From positions 122,080,001 through 122,144,000 of the forward strand of contig NC_086097.1 in NCBI RefSeq assembly GCF_963921235.1: DNA of 64,000 nucleotides, in the 5' to 3' direction. The translations under genes and the position numbers were made by a program. The stretch comes from Mobula hypostoma. Its lineage: Eukaryota. Positions 25,831-38,021 of the stretch are shown here, piece by piece (position 1 is the stretch's first letter; every line of letters starts with the position of its first letter). Below the pieces are notes generated by a model. That model saw nothing but the letters and a program-made list of their open reading frames with translations, ran no database searches and was not told the origin of the DNA.

Positions 25831-27963
25831 TGTCATGGTCTGGTCCGTGAAGTCCACATTCTGGTTCACGGTCCGGTCCATTAACCCTTGCTCCATGTTT
25901 TCCTGTCTACCCTGTTTCTGTTCTTGTTGAGCTCTAATTGAGGCAGCTGATGCTCGTTGGGGCTGGCTGTGTAAATACCTCCAGAGATCAGGGCATGGCT
26001 GCTGGATTGTTCTTGTCCACACTCCTCGTATCCTTTTCCCTGCCTTCTGTTTCCTTGCCTGAAGCCTTGCCTTGTCTTGCCGGTAACTCTCGCATCGTCT
26101 CGCCTGAAGTCTTGTCTTGGAGCCACCCTGTACCTAGCTCCCTTCCTGCCCCTTGCCTCCATTGGGTATGCCAGGCCAGATTGCTGTTACCCTGCGGTGG
26201 GTCCTGTCCCTTGCCCTCCATCGGGTAAGTCAGGCCAGATTGCCGTTACCCTGCGGTAGGTTCTGTCCCCTCCTGTCCCTTGCCTCCGTCGGGTGGAGAT
26301 CCGCACCCTGCCCAGGTGACCCGCGCCCTGCCCAGGAGTACCACGCCCTGCCCAGGAGGAGCTTCAAGTCCCCAAGCGTCTAGCCAAGCCTCGCCTCAAG
26401 TCTCTAGCCTCGCCTTGCCCCAAGCTAAGCTTCAAGACCCCAAGCCTCAAGCCTCCGGTCTCAAACCTCGCCTCAAGTCTCAAGTCCAGCCTTGCCTGAA
26501 GCCTGAAGATTCCAGCTTCATCCTGCCTGCCAGCCAAGTCATGTCCTTGTCTAGTTCTGGGGTCTGAGCCAGAGGCAAGACCCAGGTTCTGGGTCCTTGT
26601 CCAGTCTCTGGCTCAGAGTCCAAGCCCTGGCTTTGAACTCTCTTTTCCAGTCCTGTTCTGGGTTCCTGGTTGTCGTGTCCATGTCCTAGCCCTCACCCTG
26701 TATCGTAGTCCTGTCCCTAGTACTTCAGTGTCTGTGACTTGCACTTGGGTTCATTTCCAGCCACCACCTTATGACAGAACAATCCAGCCAACCATGGACC
26801 CAGCGACACAGACACTGTCATTTTCCTCTTGCCACCCAGGGTTCCCTTCTGTTAAATATTCTCCCACCCACCCGGGTCGTCCATAGTCTGGATAGCCTGT
26901 TTGGTCGCCAGGAGGCTCCCGTGGGGTGGGGGGGGGGAGGAGTACTGTCATGGTCTGGTCCGTGAAGCCCATATTCCGGTTCACGGTCTGGTCCATCGAC
27001 CCTTGCTCCAGGTTTTCCTGTCTACTCTGTTTCTGTTCCTCTTGAGCACTAATTGAGGCAGCTGATTCTCGTTGGGGCTGGCCACATAAATACCTTCAGA
27101 GACCAGGGCATGGCTGCTGGATTGCTCTTGTCCTTACTCCTCGTATCCTTTCCCCTGCCCTTTGTTTCTCGCCTGAAGCCTTGCCTTGTCTTTCTGGTAA
27201 CTCTCGCCTCGCCTTGAAGTTCTTGCCTCGCCTTGCATTACCTGAAGCCTTGCCTTGTCTTGCCGGTAACTCTCGCCTTGCCTTAAGTTCTTGTCTTGCC
27301 TTGCATTGCCTGAAGCCTTACCTTGTCTTGCCAGTAACTCTCGCCTCGTCTCACCCGAAGTCTTGTCTTGGAACCACCCTGTACCTAGCTCCCTTCCTGT
27401 CCCTTGCCTCCATCGGGTAAGCCAGGCCAGATTGCAGTTACCCTGCGGTGGGTCCTGTCCCTTCCTGTCCCTTGCCCTCCATCGGGTAAGTCAGACCAGA
27501 TTGCTGTTACCCTGCAGTGGGTTCTGTCCCTTCCTGTCCCTTGCCTCCATTAGGTGGAGATCCATGCCCTGCCCAGGAGTACCATGCCCTGCCCAGGAGG
27601 AGCTTCAAGCCCCCAAGCCAAGCTTCAAGACCCCAAGCCTCAAGCCTCACCTCAAGTCTCAAGTCTCAACTCTCCAGCCTTGCCTCAAGCCTGAAGACTC
27701 TGGCCTCGTCCTGCCTGCCAGCCAAGTCACATCCTTGCCTCGTTCTGGGTTCCGAGCCAGAGGCAAGACCCAGGTTGTGAGTCCTTGACCAGTCTCTGGC
27801 TCGGAGTCCAAGCCTGGCTTCTAGGTCTCTTGTCCAGTCCTGTTCCAGGTTACCGGTTTTCGTGTCCATGTCCTAGCCCTCACCCTGTATCCTAGTCCTG
27901 TCCCTAGTATTTCAGTGTCTGTGTCTTGCACTTGGGTCCGTTCCCAGCCACCACCTGATGACA
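25831..27963 (+). mobile_element. Miniature non-autonomous LTR element (Tf1/sushi-type Gypsy derivative)
   Basis: LTRs 25831-26776 and 26946-27963 (TGTCAT...ATGACA), 169-bp interior with MDPA gag start and G-rich PPT, 5-bp TSD AGGAC. Confidence 0.92.
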
Positions 27964-28134
27964 AGGACATATTAGAAGGATCGAGAAATGTGAAGATGCC
28001 AGTAAGTGAAGTAAAATACGAGTGTAAAATCAGAGCCTGGTAGAATCAATGAAGGGGAAACTTGCTGGATCAAATTGAAAGTGATGAAAATAGTGGATGT
28101 AAAATTCGGAAGGAAAAAGTCTCGAAAATGATAG

Positions 28135-31100
28135 AGTCACAGAGTCATAGAAAAATACAGCACACAAACAGGTGCTTTGGCCCATCTCATCTGTGCTGAA
28201 TTATTTAAACTGCTTACTCCAATCGACATGCACCCAGACCATAGCCCTCCATACCCCTATCATCCATGTGCTTATCCAAACTTCTCTTAAATGTTGTAAT
28301 TCAGCTTGCATGCCCCACTTATGCTGGCAATTCATTCCACATTCTCATGACCCTCAGAGTGAAGGAGTTTGCCCTCATCTTTCCCTTAAACTTTTCATTT
28401 ACACCCTCAACCCATGACATCCAAGCAACCTCAGAGGAAAATGCCTGCTGCATTTACCCTATCTAAACCCCTTATAATTTTGTATACCTCTATCTAATCT
28501 CGCCACAATCTGCTACTTTCCAAGGAATAAAGACCTAACTTATTCAGTCTTTTCTTATAACTCAGGTCCTCCAGTCCTGGGAACACGCTTGTATATTTTT
28601 CAGTACTCTTTCAAACTTACTTGCGTCATTCTTGTAGGTAGGTGACCAAAACGGCGCAAAATACTCCGAGTTAGGTCTCACCAACGTCTTATATAACTTC
28701 AACATAAAATCCCATTTCTAGGACTCAATACTTTGATTGATGAAGGCCAAAGTGGCAAAAGCTTTTTTAACAACCCTGTCTAACTGTGCCACCACTTTCA
28801 ATGAATTATTGACCTGAATCTTCAGATCCCTTTGTTCTACTGCACTCCTCTGTCCCCTACCATTTACTGTGCATTAAATTTCATCTACCGTTTTCCAGCT
28901 CATTTTTCCATCTGGTCTGATCCTGCTGCAAGCTCCGATAGTCTTCCTCGCTGTCCACTACACCCCTGACCTTTGTGTCATCTACATTATCATCAAGATT
29001 ATTGACATAAGATGACAAACATCAATGAACCCAGCATCGATCCCTGTGGCATTCCAGTAATCACAGGCCTCCTGTCAGAGAGGATGGATTTTTTTACTCA
29101 GGAGATTGACACAGAGTCTATAGAGTGAGACAAAGCAACGGTGAGGTCATGAAGCCAATACAAATTACAGAGAAGGAGGTGTCTGCTGTCTTGAGGCAAA
29201 TTAGTGTGGATAAATCCCCAGGACCGGATAAGGTGTTCTGCCAGACCCAGTGGAAGGCAAGTGCAGAAATTACAGGGGCCCTACCAGAGATATTTAAATC
29301 ATACTTAGCTATAGGTAAGGTGCCCGAGGATTAGGGGATAGCTAAAGCTTTTCTACTGTTTAAGAAAAGCTCAAAACATATACCAGGAAATTATAGGCTG
29401 GTGAGCCTGACATCAGTAGTGGGAAAGTTATTTGAAGGCATTCTAAGGAACTGGATATATGAATGTTTGGTGAGACATAGAATGATTAAGAATAGTCAGG
29501 TTTGTGCACGGTACGTCATGTTTGACCAATCTTATAGCATTTTTCAAGGAAGCTACCAGGAAATTTGATGAAGGCAAATCATTGGATGTTGACTACCTGG
29601 ACTTTAGCAAGGCACTTGACAAGATCACGAATGGGAGGATAGTCAATAAGGTTCAGTCGCTTGTCATTCAAGCTGAGGAAGTAAATTGGATTAAACAATG
29701 GTTTTGTGGGCGAAGCCCTTTTGGCTCCATGTATAGATGACTATTCTGATTTTCCAGAGGACCAGTTTTGTCAATTGCGATCCTTTTGCTCTTAGATATC
29801 TGTAGAAGCCTTTAGGATTCTCCTTCACCTTGTCTGCTAGGCCAGCCTCATGCCTTCTTTTAGCCGGAATGATTTCTTTCCTAAGTGTTCTCTTGCATTT
29901 CAGGGCATGACTTTAGGATTGAAGGACATCCATTTAGAACAGAGATGCGGAGAAATTACTTTAGTCAGAGGGTGTTGCCAGAAACAGCTGTGGAGGCCAA
30001 GTTATTGGGTATACCTAAGGCAGAGATAGATAGATTCATGGTTAGCCAGGGCATCAAAGGGTATGGGTATGGGGTGAAGGGAGGGAAGTGGGGATGACTG
30101 GAAAAATTGGATCAGCCCATGATTGAATGGCAGAGCAGAGTCGATAGGCCAAATGGCCTACTTCTGCTCCAATATCTTATGGTCTTATTCCTTGTACTCC
30201 ATAAGTATCTCATTTGTTCCTGCTATACCTGCTGTACACTTTTATATCTTAACCAGGGCCTCAATATCTCTTGAAAACCAAGATTCCCTTCACCTGTTAT
30301 CGTTATCTTTTATATTGACAGGCGCTCTCAAAATTTTACTTTTGAATGCCTCCCACTTATCATGTCCACCTTTGCCAGAAAACAGCCTATACCAATCTAC
30401 ACTTGCCTGATCCTTCCTGATACCATCAAAATTGGCCTTTCTCCAATCTAGAATCTCAACCCACAGACAAGGCCTATCTTTTCCCATAATTACTTTGAAA
30501 CTAATTGAATTATGATCACTAGATGTTCAGTGTTCCCTTAAACAAACTTCTTTCATCTCATTCCCTAATAGCAGATCAAGTATCACACTCTCTTGTTGGA
30601 ACTTCTATGTACTGCTTAAGGAAACAACTTTGACGAACTCTATCCCACCTTGTCCTTTCACCATATTGGACTTCCAGTCAATGTGCGGAAAGTTAAAATC
30701 ACCTACTATAACAACCTCATGTGTCTTACATCAGTCTGTGATCACTCTATAAATTTGTTTCTCTAAACCTTGTGGACTATTGGATGATCTATAACATAGT
30801 CTCATTAATGAGGTCATTCCTTTTTTATTCCTCAGTTCCACTCGCTAAGACTCACTAGACGAGTTCTCCTGTCTGTCTTGACTGAACACTGGCATGACAT
30901 TTTCCCTCACTGATAGCGTCACCCCTCCCCCTTTAATCCCTCTCACTCTGTCACGTATAAACTAGCAGAAACCCAGAATACTGAGCTGCCAGTGCTGCCA
31001 GTCCTGTCCCTCCTGCAACCATGTCTCACTAATGGCTAAAGTATGTGTTGATCCATGCCCTGAGCTCATCTGCCTTTCCTACAATACTTCTTGCATTGAA

Positions 31101-31565
31101 ATATATGCAACTCAGGACATTAGTCACACCATGCTCAACCTCTCTGCTATCTGTTCTGGCACTCTATTCCTACCCCTTGCATCTCTCATTTAAACCCACC
31201 CCCCACCCCATTCAGCACTAGCAAACCTTCCCACTAAGATATTGCTCCCTCTCCAGTTCAGGTGCCAACTGTCTCTTTTGTACAGGTCCCACCTTCCCTG
31301 GAAGAAAGCCCTAAGATCCAAAAATCTAACACTTTTCCTCCAACACCAACTCTTTTAGTCAAGTGTTGAACTATAAGATCTTGAAGTTTTTGGCCTCACT
31401 AACATGTGTCATGGGTAGCAATCACGAGATCACAACCTTGGAAGTCCTGCCCTTTAACTTTGCATCTAACTCCCTGAACTCACTTTGTAGAACCCCGTCA
31501 ATCTCCCCACCTGTGTCATTGGTACCTACATGGAGAATGACCTCTGGCTGCTCACTCTCCCACTT
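28135..31565 (-). mobile_element. CR1 LINE with internal inversion (about 29087-29716) and a nested CR1 tail (about 29902-30188)
   Basis: Minus-strand RT 3' part and EN/ORF1 flank a plus-strand DKSPGPD...YLDFSKA segment. Confidence 0.8.
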
Positions 31566-31754
31566 GATGTACAAATTTAAACCATGAAAAAACTAAAAAG
31601 AAGAAAAAAACTGTCTCGTTACAGTTAGAGTCATTTTGGAGATGATACACAATTCAATATTGCACCACAGCTCACAGAGTAGCGTCTGTGATCTTTACAT
31701 TGGTATTAAATATTAGATTTAAAAAATGATTCAAAATTATTAATACAAGGATTC

Positions 31755-31912
31755 TACACCCTTCCTCTACCATCTTTTTCTGACTTCTTCTCGCTTCCTT
31801 TCCAGTCCTGATGAAGCTCCTTGCCCGAAACGTTGACTGTTTATTCCTCTCCATCTCCATAGATGCTGCCTGACCTGCTGAGTTCCTCCAGCATTTTGTG
31901 CGTGTTGCTCAA
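31755..31912 (+). mobile_element. Penelope terminus with hammerhead-like motif (31803-31839)
   Basis: CAGTC-CTGATGA...GAAACGTT-GACTG; stem II decayed. Confidence 0.7.
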
Positions 31913-32255
31913 AATCATTAAGGTAGGCTTGACATGGTAGATGTAGGGATGATTTCCATTGTCCTTGGTATGAGAGGATCTACTTTTGAACCAGTGTGAG
32001 ATGCATTAGATTTGGAAAAGATAGAGAAGATTGATGAGGAGAAGGAGGAATATTTTAGGGAAGGAAGGGGATCAGAATATGGAAATCAAGAGATTCATGA
32101 AGTAAGGGTAATGCTCAACAGAACGGTATGACTGAGCTGGGTCGGGAATAGGAGAAATCCAAAATCTGAGGAATGGGATGGTATTTCCCAAAAGTATCTG
32201 GGACAAAAACCTATGTAAAGGATATGGGACTGGACACTGGCAATGGCTGAACATA

Positions 32256-32528
32256 CACTCAGTGGCCACTTATTAGATAGCTCAAAAAGGCAGCATCCAC
32301 CATTAAGGACCCCTATTAAATACCCTTATCTCATTCCTACCATCAAGGAGGAGGTACGGGAGCCTGAAGACACACACTCAACAGTTCAGGAACAGCTTCT
32401 TCCCTTCCGCCATCAGATTTCTGAATGGACATTGAGCCCATGAACATTACCTCAGTGTGTTTCTTCTCTCTTCTTGCATGAATTATTTAATGCATTTTTA
32501 TATATACTTCTTATTTTAATTTATATAG

Positions 32529-32559
<31 letters not shown>

Positions 32560-33174
32560 GTATTGCAATTTACTGCTGCCACAAAACATCAAATTTCATG
32601 GCATATACCAATGATTTTAAACCTGATTCTGGATTCTGAACAGCTCCCATACCTAATAAAGTGGCCACTGAGTGTATGCTCAATGTCTTTTGCTGCTGTA
32701 GTTCAATGTCCTGTGAATTCAGAGATGCTCTTCTGCACACCACTTTTGTAGCACGTGGTTATCTGAGTAACTGTCACTTTCTTGTCAGCTTGAACCAGTC
32801 TGGCCATTCTCCTCTGACCTCTCACAATAAGGTGTTTTCACCCACAGAACTGCCACTCACAGGATGTTTATTTTTGTTTTTGTACCATTCTCTGTAAACC
32901 CTTGAGACTGTTGTGTGTGAAAATTCAAGGAGATCAGAACTTTCTGAAATACTCAAACCACTCCATCTGGCACCAACAATCATTTCACAGCAAAATTACT
33001 CAGATCACACTTCTTCCATATTTTGATGTTTGGTCTGAACAACAACTGAACCTCTTGATAATGTTTGCATGCTTTTATGCACTGAATTGATGCCACATGA
33101 TTAATTGGCCGACTAGATATTTGCATTAACAAGCAGGTGTACAGGTGTACTCAAGAAAGTGGTTACTGTGAGTG
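32256..33174. mobile_element. Tc1/mariner-like MITE with Rex 3' fragment (about 32284-32640) inserted
   Basis: TIRs at 32256, about 32650-32674 and about 33150-33174; (TTA)n within the Rex tail. Confidence 0.75.
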
Positions 33175-33597
33175 CACTTTGGGCAAGACACTAACTAGTG
33201 CAAGATGGCTCATATTCAGACAACAAGATAGAATAATGAAAGAGCATGGATAGACCATTCACCCATTAAGTTATACCACTCTCTAAACTATCTGTACATC
33301 AATGCTCCACTGAATCAAAACAAATATTGTTCTGGGGGAAAGAACACTCTTGATTTATAGCATGGAAAATACTTCTCCTTTTATTCTTCAGTATTTTACT
33401 TCTAAATTAAAGCTTTTACTCCCTTGTCTTTGATATTGACCCATCAGAACAAGTCATTTGGTTATATCAATCTTAACACATCCTTTAACCTCATTAAATA
33501 CTTTCTAACCTCTGAACACGGCCATATTTATACCATTTCCCCTCATGATTCCTGATATCATTCTGGTTAAACTGTGGTATAATCTTAAAAAATTAAG

Positions 33598-34268
33598 AAT
33601 GTATGGTGATATCCAAAAATAAGGAGAATCCTATCTGCAGGCTGAGAATAAACGGGGAAGACATAAAACAAGTACAGAACTTCTACTACTTAGGAAGCTG
33701 GGTGACATCAGATGGCAGGTGCGACTTGGACATCAAAAGAAGAATAGGGATGGCAAATGATACCTTTACGAGAATGAAGGGTATACTGACCAATACTAAA
33801 CTGGGCATGACAACTCGCCTCAGAGTACTGAAATGTTACATTTATCCAGTTATGTTATATGGTTCAGAATGTTGGACAATATCTAGTAACACGAGGAAAC
33901 GAATTGTAGCAGCAGAGATGTGGTTTTTGAGGAGGATGCAAATATCATGGATGAAATGAATATCTAACACGGATGTCATGAACAGAGCAAACACGAAAGA
34001 GAAATAATGTATGAGATCATGAAAAGGCAACGTGACTTCATTGGACATGTGATTAGGAAAGAGGAGTTAGAATGCACGGTAATTATGGGAAAGATTGAAG
34101 GGAAGAAAGCAAGAGGAAGACAAAGACAAATGATGATGGAGACAGCAGCCAGAGAACTGGAAATGAATACCAATGAACTGATCCACTTGACCCAAAACAG
34201 GAGTGTGTGGGCCATGGCAGTCAAAGCTCAAACTGGGCATGGCACCTGATGATGATGGTGATGATAAT
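33598..34268 (+). mobile_element. RTE-clade LINE 3' fragment
   Basis: FYYLGSWVTSDGRC...YPVMLYGSECWT...GKIEGKKARGRQR; (GAT)n tail. Confidence 0.88.
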
Positions 34269-35093
34269 CCTTCCATGAATCGGATTTGAGATTCAATGCC
34301 TATGAAGAATATAAGTGCCCATATGACTCGTAAACAAGGAGCTATCCAACAGAACTGCAACTTCTTCCCCTTTGTTTTCTGATCCATTTGCGATTAAGGA
34401 CAAAACCCTTTTTATAGTTAATCTGTTGTTTTACCACTTCTGTGTGGCATTTTTCTTCCTCACATTACTTCCCATTAAGACAATTCCAGGCCTGACAATC
34501 ACCAAGCCAGTCACAGACCAGACAAGACAATAAGAGTGTGAAACTATTCTCCTTCAAATAGTGAATATTCAGGAGAGATTGCCTAAAGAAAGTGAAAATC
34601 GCCAGGGTGGAAAAAAATATGATGTGACTGGCGAATCCAAGGGTGACAGATTTTGGATAACTAGCAAAAAAGACAGGAGAGATGCATCTTGATGGTGTGT
34701 ATTCTTCTGATTTGGGACACATCACTGGAAGGATGGAAAATCAGATTCATTAAAAATGACCTTAAAGGAACATGGATTCACTTGGAAAATACACACCTTG
34801 TAATGGGGAACAGAAGCAGAGGGATTTCACTGGAAAGTTGATTCACAGATATGGTGGAATGAAATGCTTTGTGTATGATAAGACTGTGATTCTGAGGGGA
34901 TCTGATAGGTAAACCTTTCCCCCACAAGGACACTTGTTGTCTGACTCTATATCCACATTGAAGGATTTGGATGAATAATAACAGTAGAGGATCTCGAAAA
35001 GAAGGTTAAGATATATATATCTATTCCTGCTGCTGTCTGTAAGGAGTTTGTTCATTCTCTCTGTGACCGTGTACAAAAATAATCACAAGAGAA

Positions 35094-36015
35094 TGCCATA
35101 GTAGTGTTGCAGTTAGCACAACGCTACCACAGCTCAGTTAGGAGCTCAATAATAGCGCTGCTTGTAAAGAGCTTGTATGTTTACCCTGTGACCATGTGGG
35201 TTTCCTCTAGGTGCTCTGTTTTTCTCCTACATTCCAAAGATGTACCAGTTAGTAGGTTAATTACCGGTTAGTAGGAGAAGATGGCGATACGACGCAGCGC
35301 GCACAGCCACTCCAGTGAATGATATCTGTTATGTGTCAAGTTGGATACCGTGCACAATTCTGATTCGATGGAGACAGACGGGAGAGTACAGAAGAACATC
35401 TGGAGAAACTTCTGAAATGCCCCCTTCGCTGCCGCTGCTACTGTGTGGTCCAGAATCTCCGGAGGAGAAGGCCCCGAATCCTCGGCTTTGCTTGTTTCAG
35501 CGGCCGGGGCGAGGTCGAAGGCACTCGGCAAAGGATGGCGTTTGGGAGGCTGTATCAGAGGGGCTGGTCGGAGGCTCAAAGTTTTCGGACGGATGGACTC
35601 AGTGTCGGTTGTGGTTGGGTGCTTCCAATGCATCGGCAGTTGTCGGTGCCTGGAGGTTTATGGCAGGGAATTTCTCCCTTTTGCCGCCTGCTATTGGGGA
35701 CTATCGGGACTTTGAGACTTTTTTTTACCGTGCCCATGGTCATTCTTTATCAAATCATGGTATTGATTGCACTGCTGTAACTATATGTTATAATTATGTG
35801 GTTCTGTCAGTGTTAGTCTTTGGTTTGTCCTGTTTTGCGTGATATCACTCTGGAGGAACATTGTATCATTTCTTAATGCTTGCATGCATTTCTAAATGAC
35901 AATAAACGAGGACTGAATGTCCTCATAATCTAATTTAATTGGTCAAGTTGAGGTAAAAGGGCAGTTCAGGCTTGTTGGACCACAAGGAGTGTTACTGTGC
36001 TGTATCTATGAATGA
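35094..36015 (+). mobile_element. V-SINE/HE1-like SINE interrupted about 35263-35940
   Basis: gtgggtttcctctaggtgctc V-domain; SINE resumes ggtca at 35941. Confidence 0.65.
35272..35940 (+). mobile_element. Non-coding, non-autonomous retroposon with YY1-like head and 3' stem-loop
   Basis: AAGATGGCG at 35278; AATAAA, GAGGAC-TGAAT-GTCCTC hairpin, (AATCT)-like tail; second copy at 50739-51095. Confidence 0.7.
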
Positions 36016-36039
36016 ATCGATGATTCAATGAATCAATGC

Positions 36040-36128
36040 ATAAATAGATAAATACATGAATGGATAGATAGGTGGATAGAAGAATGGATAGATGGTTAGA
36101 TAGATAGATACCTGTAGATAGACAGATA
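36040..36128. repeat. Imperfect (TAGA)/(TGGA) microsatellite
   Basis: Direct inspection. Confidence 0.8.
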
Positions 36129-36194
36129 ATCTATGCTACCACTAGTGGGTTATAATGGAAGAATGAAGCTCACAGACACATCATTACGAGTTTA

Positions 36195-36650
36195 AGGAGA
36201 ATGGGTATACCAGCAAAGATTTTACATATTTCTATAGATGTATGGTGGAGAGCATTCTGACTAGTTGCATCACAGCCTGGTATGAACCCTCTAAATACAG
36301 GAATGCAGAGGATGTAGACAGTTATTAGACTCAGCCAGCTCCCTCATGAGCACAACCCTCCCCTCCAATGACTACATCTTCGAGAAGTGGTGCCTCAAGA
36401 GGGTGGCATCCATCACTAAGGAACCACACCATCGAGGACACACCCTCTTCTCTTTACTACCATCAGGGAGAAGCTACAGGAACCTAAAGACACACACTCA
36501 GTAATTCAGGAACAGATTCTTTCCCTCCACTATCAGATTTCTGAATGGCCCATGAACACTACCTCGATAATCCTCTTTTTTGCACTACATATTTAATTTT
36601 GTATTTTACCATAATTTTTTGTCTTTGTTCTGATGCCACAAAACAACAAA
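36195..36650 (+). mobile_element. Rex/Babar LINE 3' end
   Basis: gagagcattctgactagttgcatcacagcctggtatg (ESILT.CITAWY). Confidence 0.75.
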
Positions 36651-36954
36651 GTCCTGCACCTAATAGAATAGCCATCAAGTATATATTTGTAGTCTTTTGC
36701 TGCTGTAGCCCAGCCACTTCAAGGTTCAATGTGTTCTTTGTTAATTCAGCATCACTTTTGGAGCTGAAGGACCTGTTCCTGTACTATACTGCTTGACTTC
36801 TGGGAAACGTCCTGTTCCAAGCACTGCTTGCATACTGCAGATTGACAGCTGAAGTTGGTGTGACTTCATAGGTCCACAATGTCCACTTTCTACACTTCAC
36901 ATCTCAGGTAAACCTCTCAGTGAAGGCAATTAATGAGAAGGTTTATCATCACAT

Positions 36955-37915
36955 TCAGAATCAGGTTTATTATCACTGGCAAATGTCGTGAAATTTGTTA
37001 ACTTAGCAGCAGCAATTCAATGCAATATATAATAATATAGAAAGAAAATAATAGGAAATCAATTACAGGAAGTATATATATGTATATTAAATAGATTTAA
37101 GATAGTGCAAAAATAGAAATAATATATACTTTTCAAAAAGTGAGGTAGTGTTCATGGATTCAATGTCATTTTAGGGTTCGGATGTCAGAGGGGAAGAAGC
37201 TGTTCTTGAATCGCTGAGTGTGTGTCTTTGGGCTCCTGTACCTCTTACCTGATGCTAACAATGAGAAGAGGGCATGCCCTGGGTGGTGGGGGTCCTTAAT
37301 AATGGACACTGCTTTTCTGAGGCATTGCCCCTTGAAGATGTCTTAGATACTACAGAGGTTAGTACCCAGGATGGAGCTGACTAATTTTACAATTTTTTGT
37401 AGCTTTTTTTGGTCCTGTGCAGTAGCCCCACCTATACCAGACAGTGATGCAGCCTGTCAGAATGCTCTCCGTGGTACATCTATAGAAGTTTTCGAGTGTT
37501 TTAGTTGACAAACAAAATCTCTTCAAACTCCTAATGAAATACAGCCGCTGTCTTTCCTTCTTTATAGCTGCATCGATATGTTGGGACCAGGTTAGATCCT
37601 CAGAGATCTTGACACCCAGGAACTTGAAATTGGACACCCAGGAACTTGAAATTGCTCACCCTCTCCACTTCTGATCCCTCTATGAGGATTAGTTTGTGTT
37701 TTCTTGTTTTACTTTTCCTAAAGGCCATAGTCAGCTCTTTCATCTTACTGACATTAAGTGTAAGGTCCTGACGAAGGGTCTCAGCCTGAAACGTCGACCG
37801 TACCTCTTCCTAGAAATGCTGCCTGGCCTGCTGCGTTCACCAGCAACTTTGATGTGTGTTGCTTGAGTGTAAGGTTGTTGCTTCAACACCACGTAACTAG
37901 CTGGTATATCTCACT
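36955..37915 (-). mobile_element. Rex/Babar LINE 3' fragment
   Basis: FKFLGVKISEDLTWSQH...ESILTGCITVWY; 22-bp tandem duplication at about 37611-37654. Confidence 0.85.
37767..37865 (+). mobile_element. Short Penelope terminus with intact hammerhead core, inserted in Rex
   Basis: CCTGACGAAGGGTCTCAGCCTGAAACGTC; flanked by AGTGTAAGGT direct repeats. Confidence 0.8.
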
Positions 37916-38021
37916 TCAGTCAGCTTGCACAACATTTCACCAACAGCTGAAAGAAGTATTTGAGGATCAGGAATACAAAGTCGGCACAAAACTCACAGCT
38001 TACCAGAATAGTAATGATCCT

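Noticed and set aside
25783..27869. Many overlapping Pro/Ser/Leu-rich ORFs and CRISPR-like periodicity
   Set aside because: Low-complexity tandem repeats inside LTRs; no unique spacers, no cas genes, eukaryotic context.
37764..37799. Apparent compensatory change in hammerhead stem I (GGTC/GACC vs AGTC/GACT)
   Set aside because: The 5' G comes from the target duplication AGTGTAAGGT, so it is not evidence of covariation.
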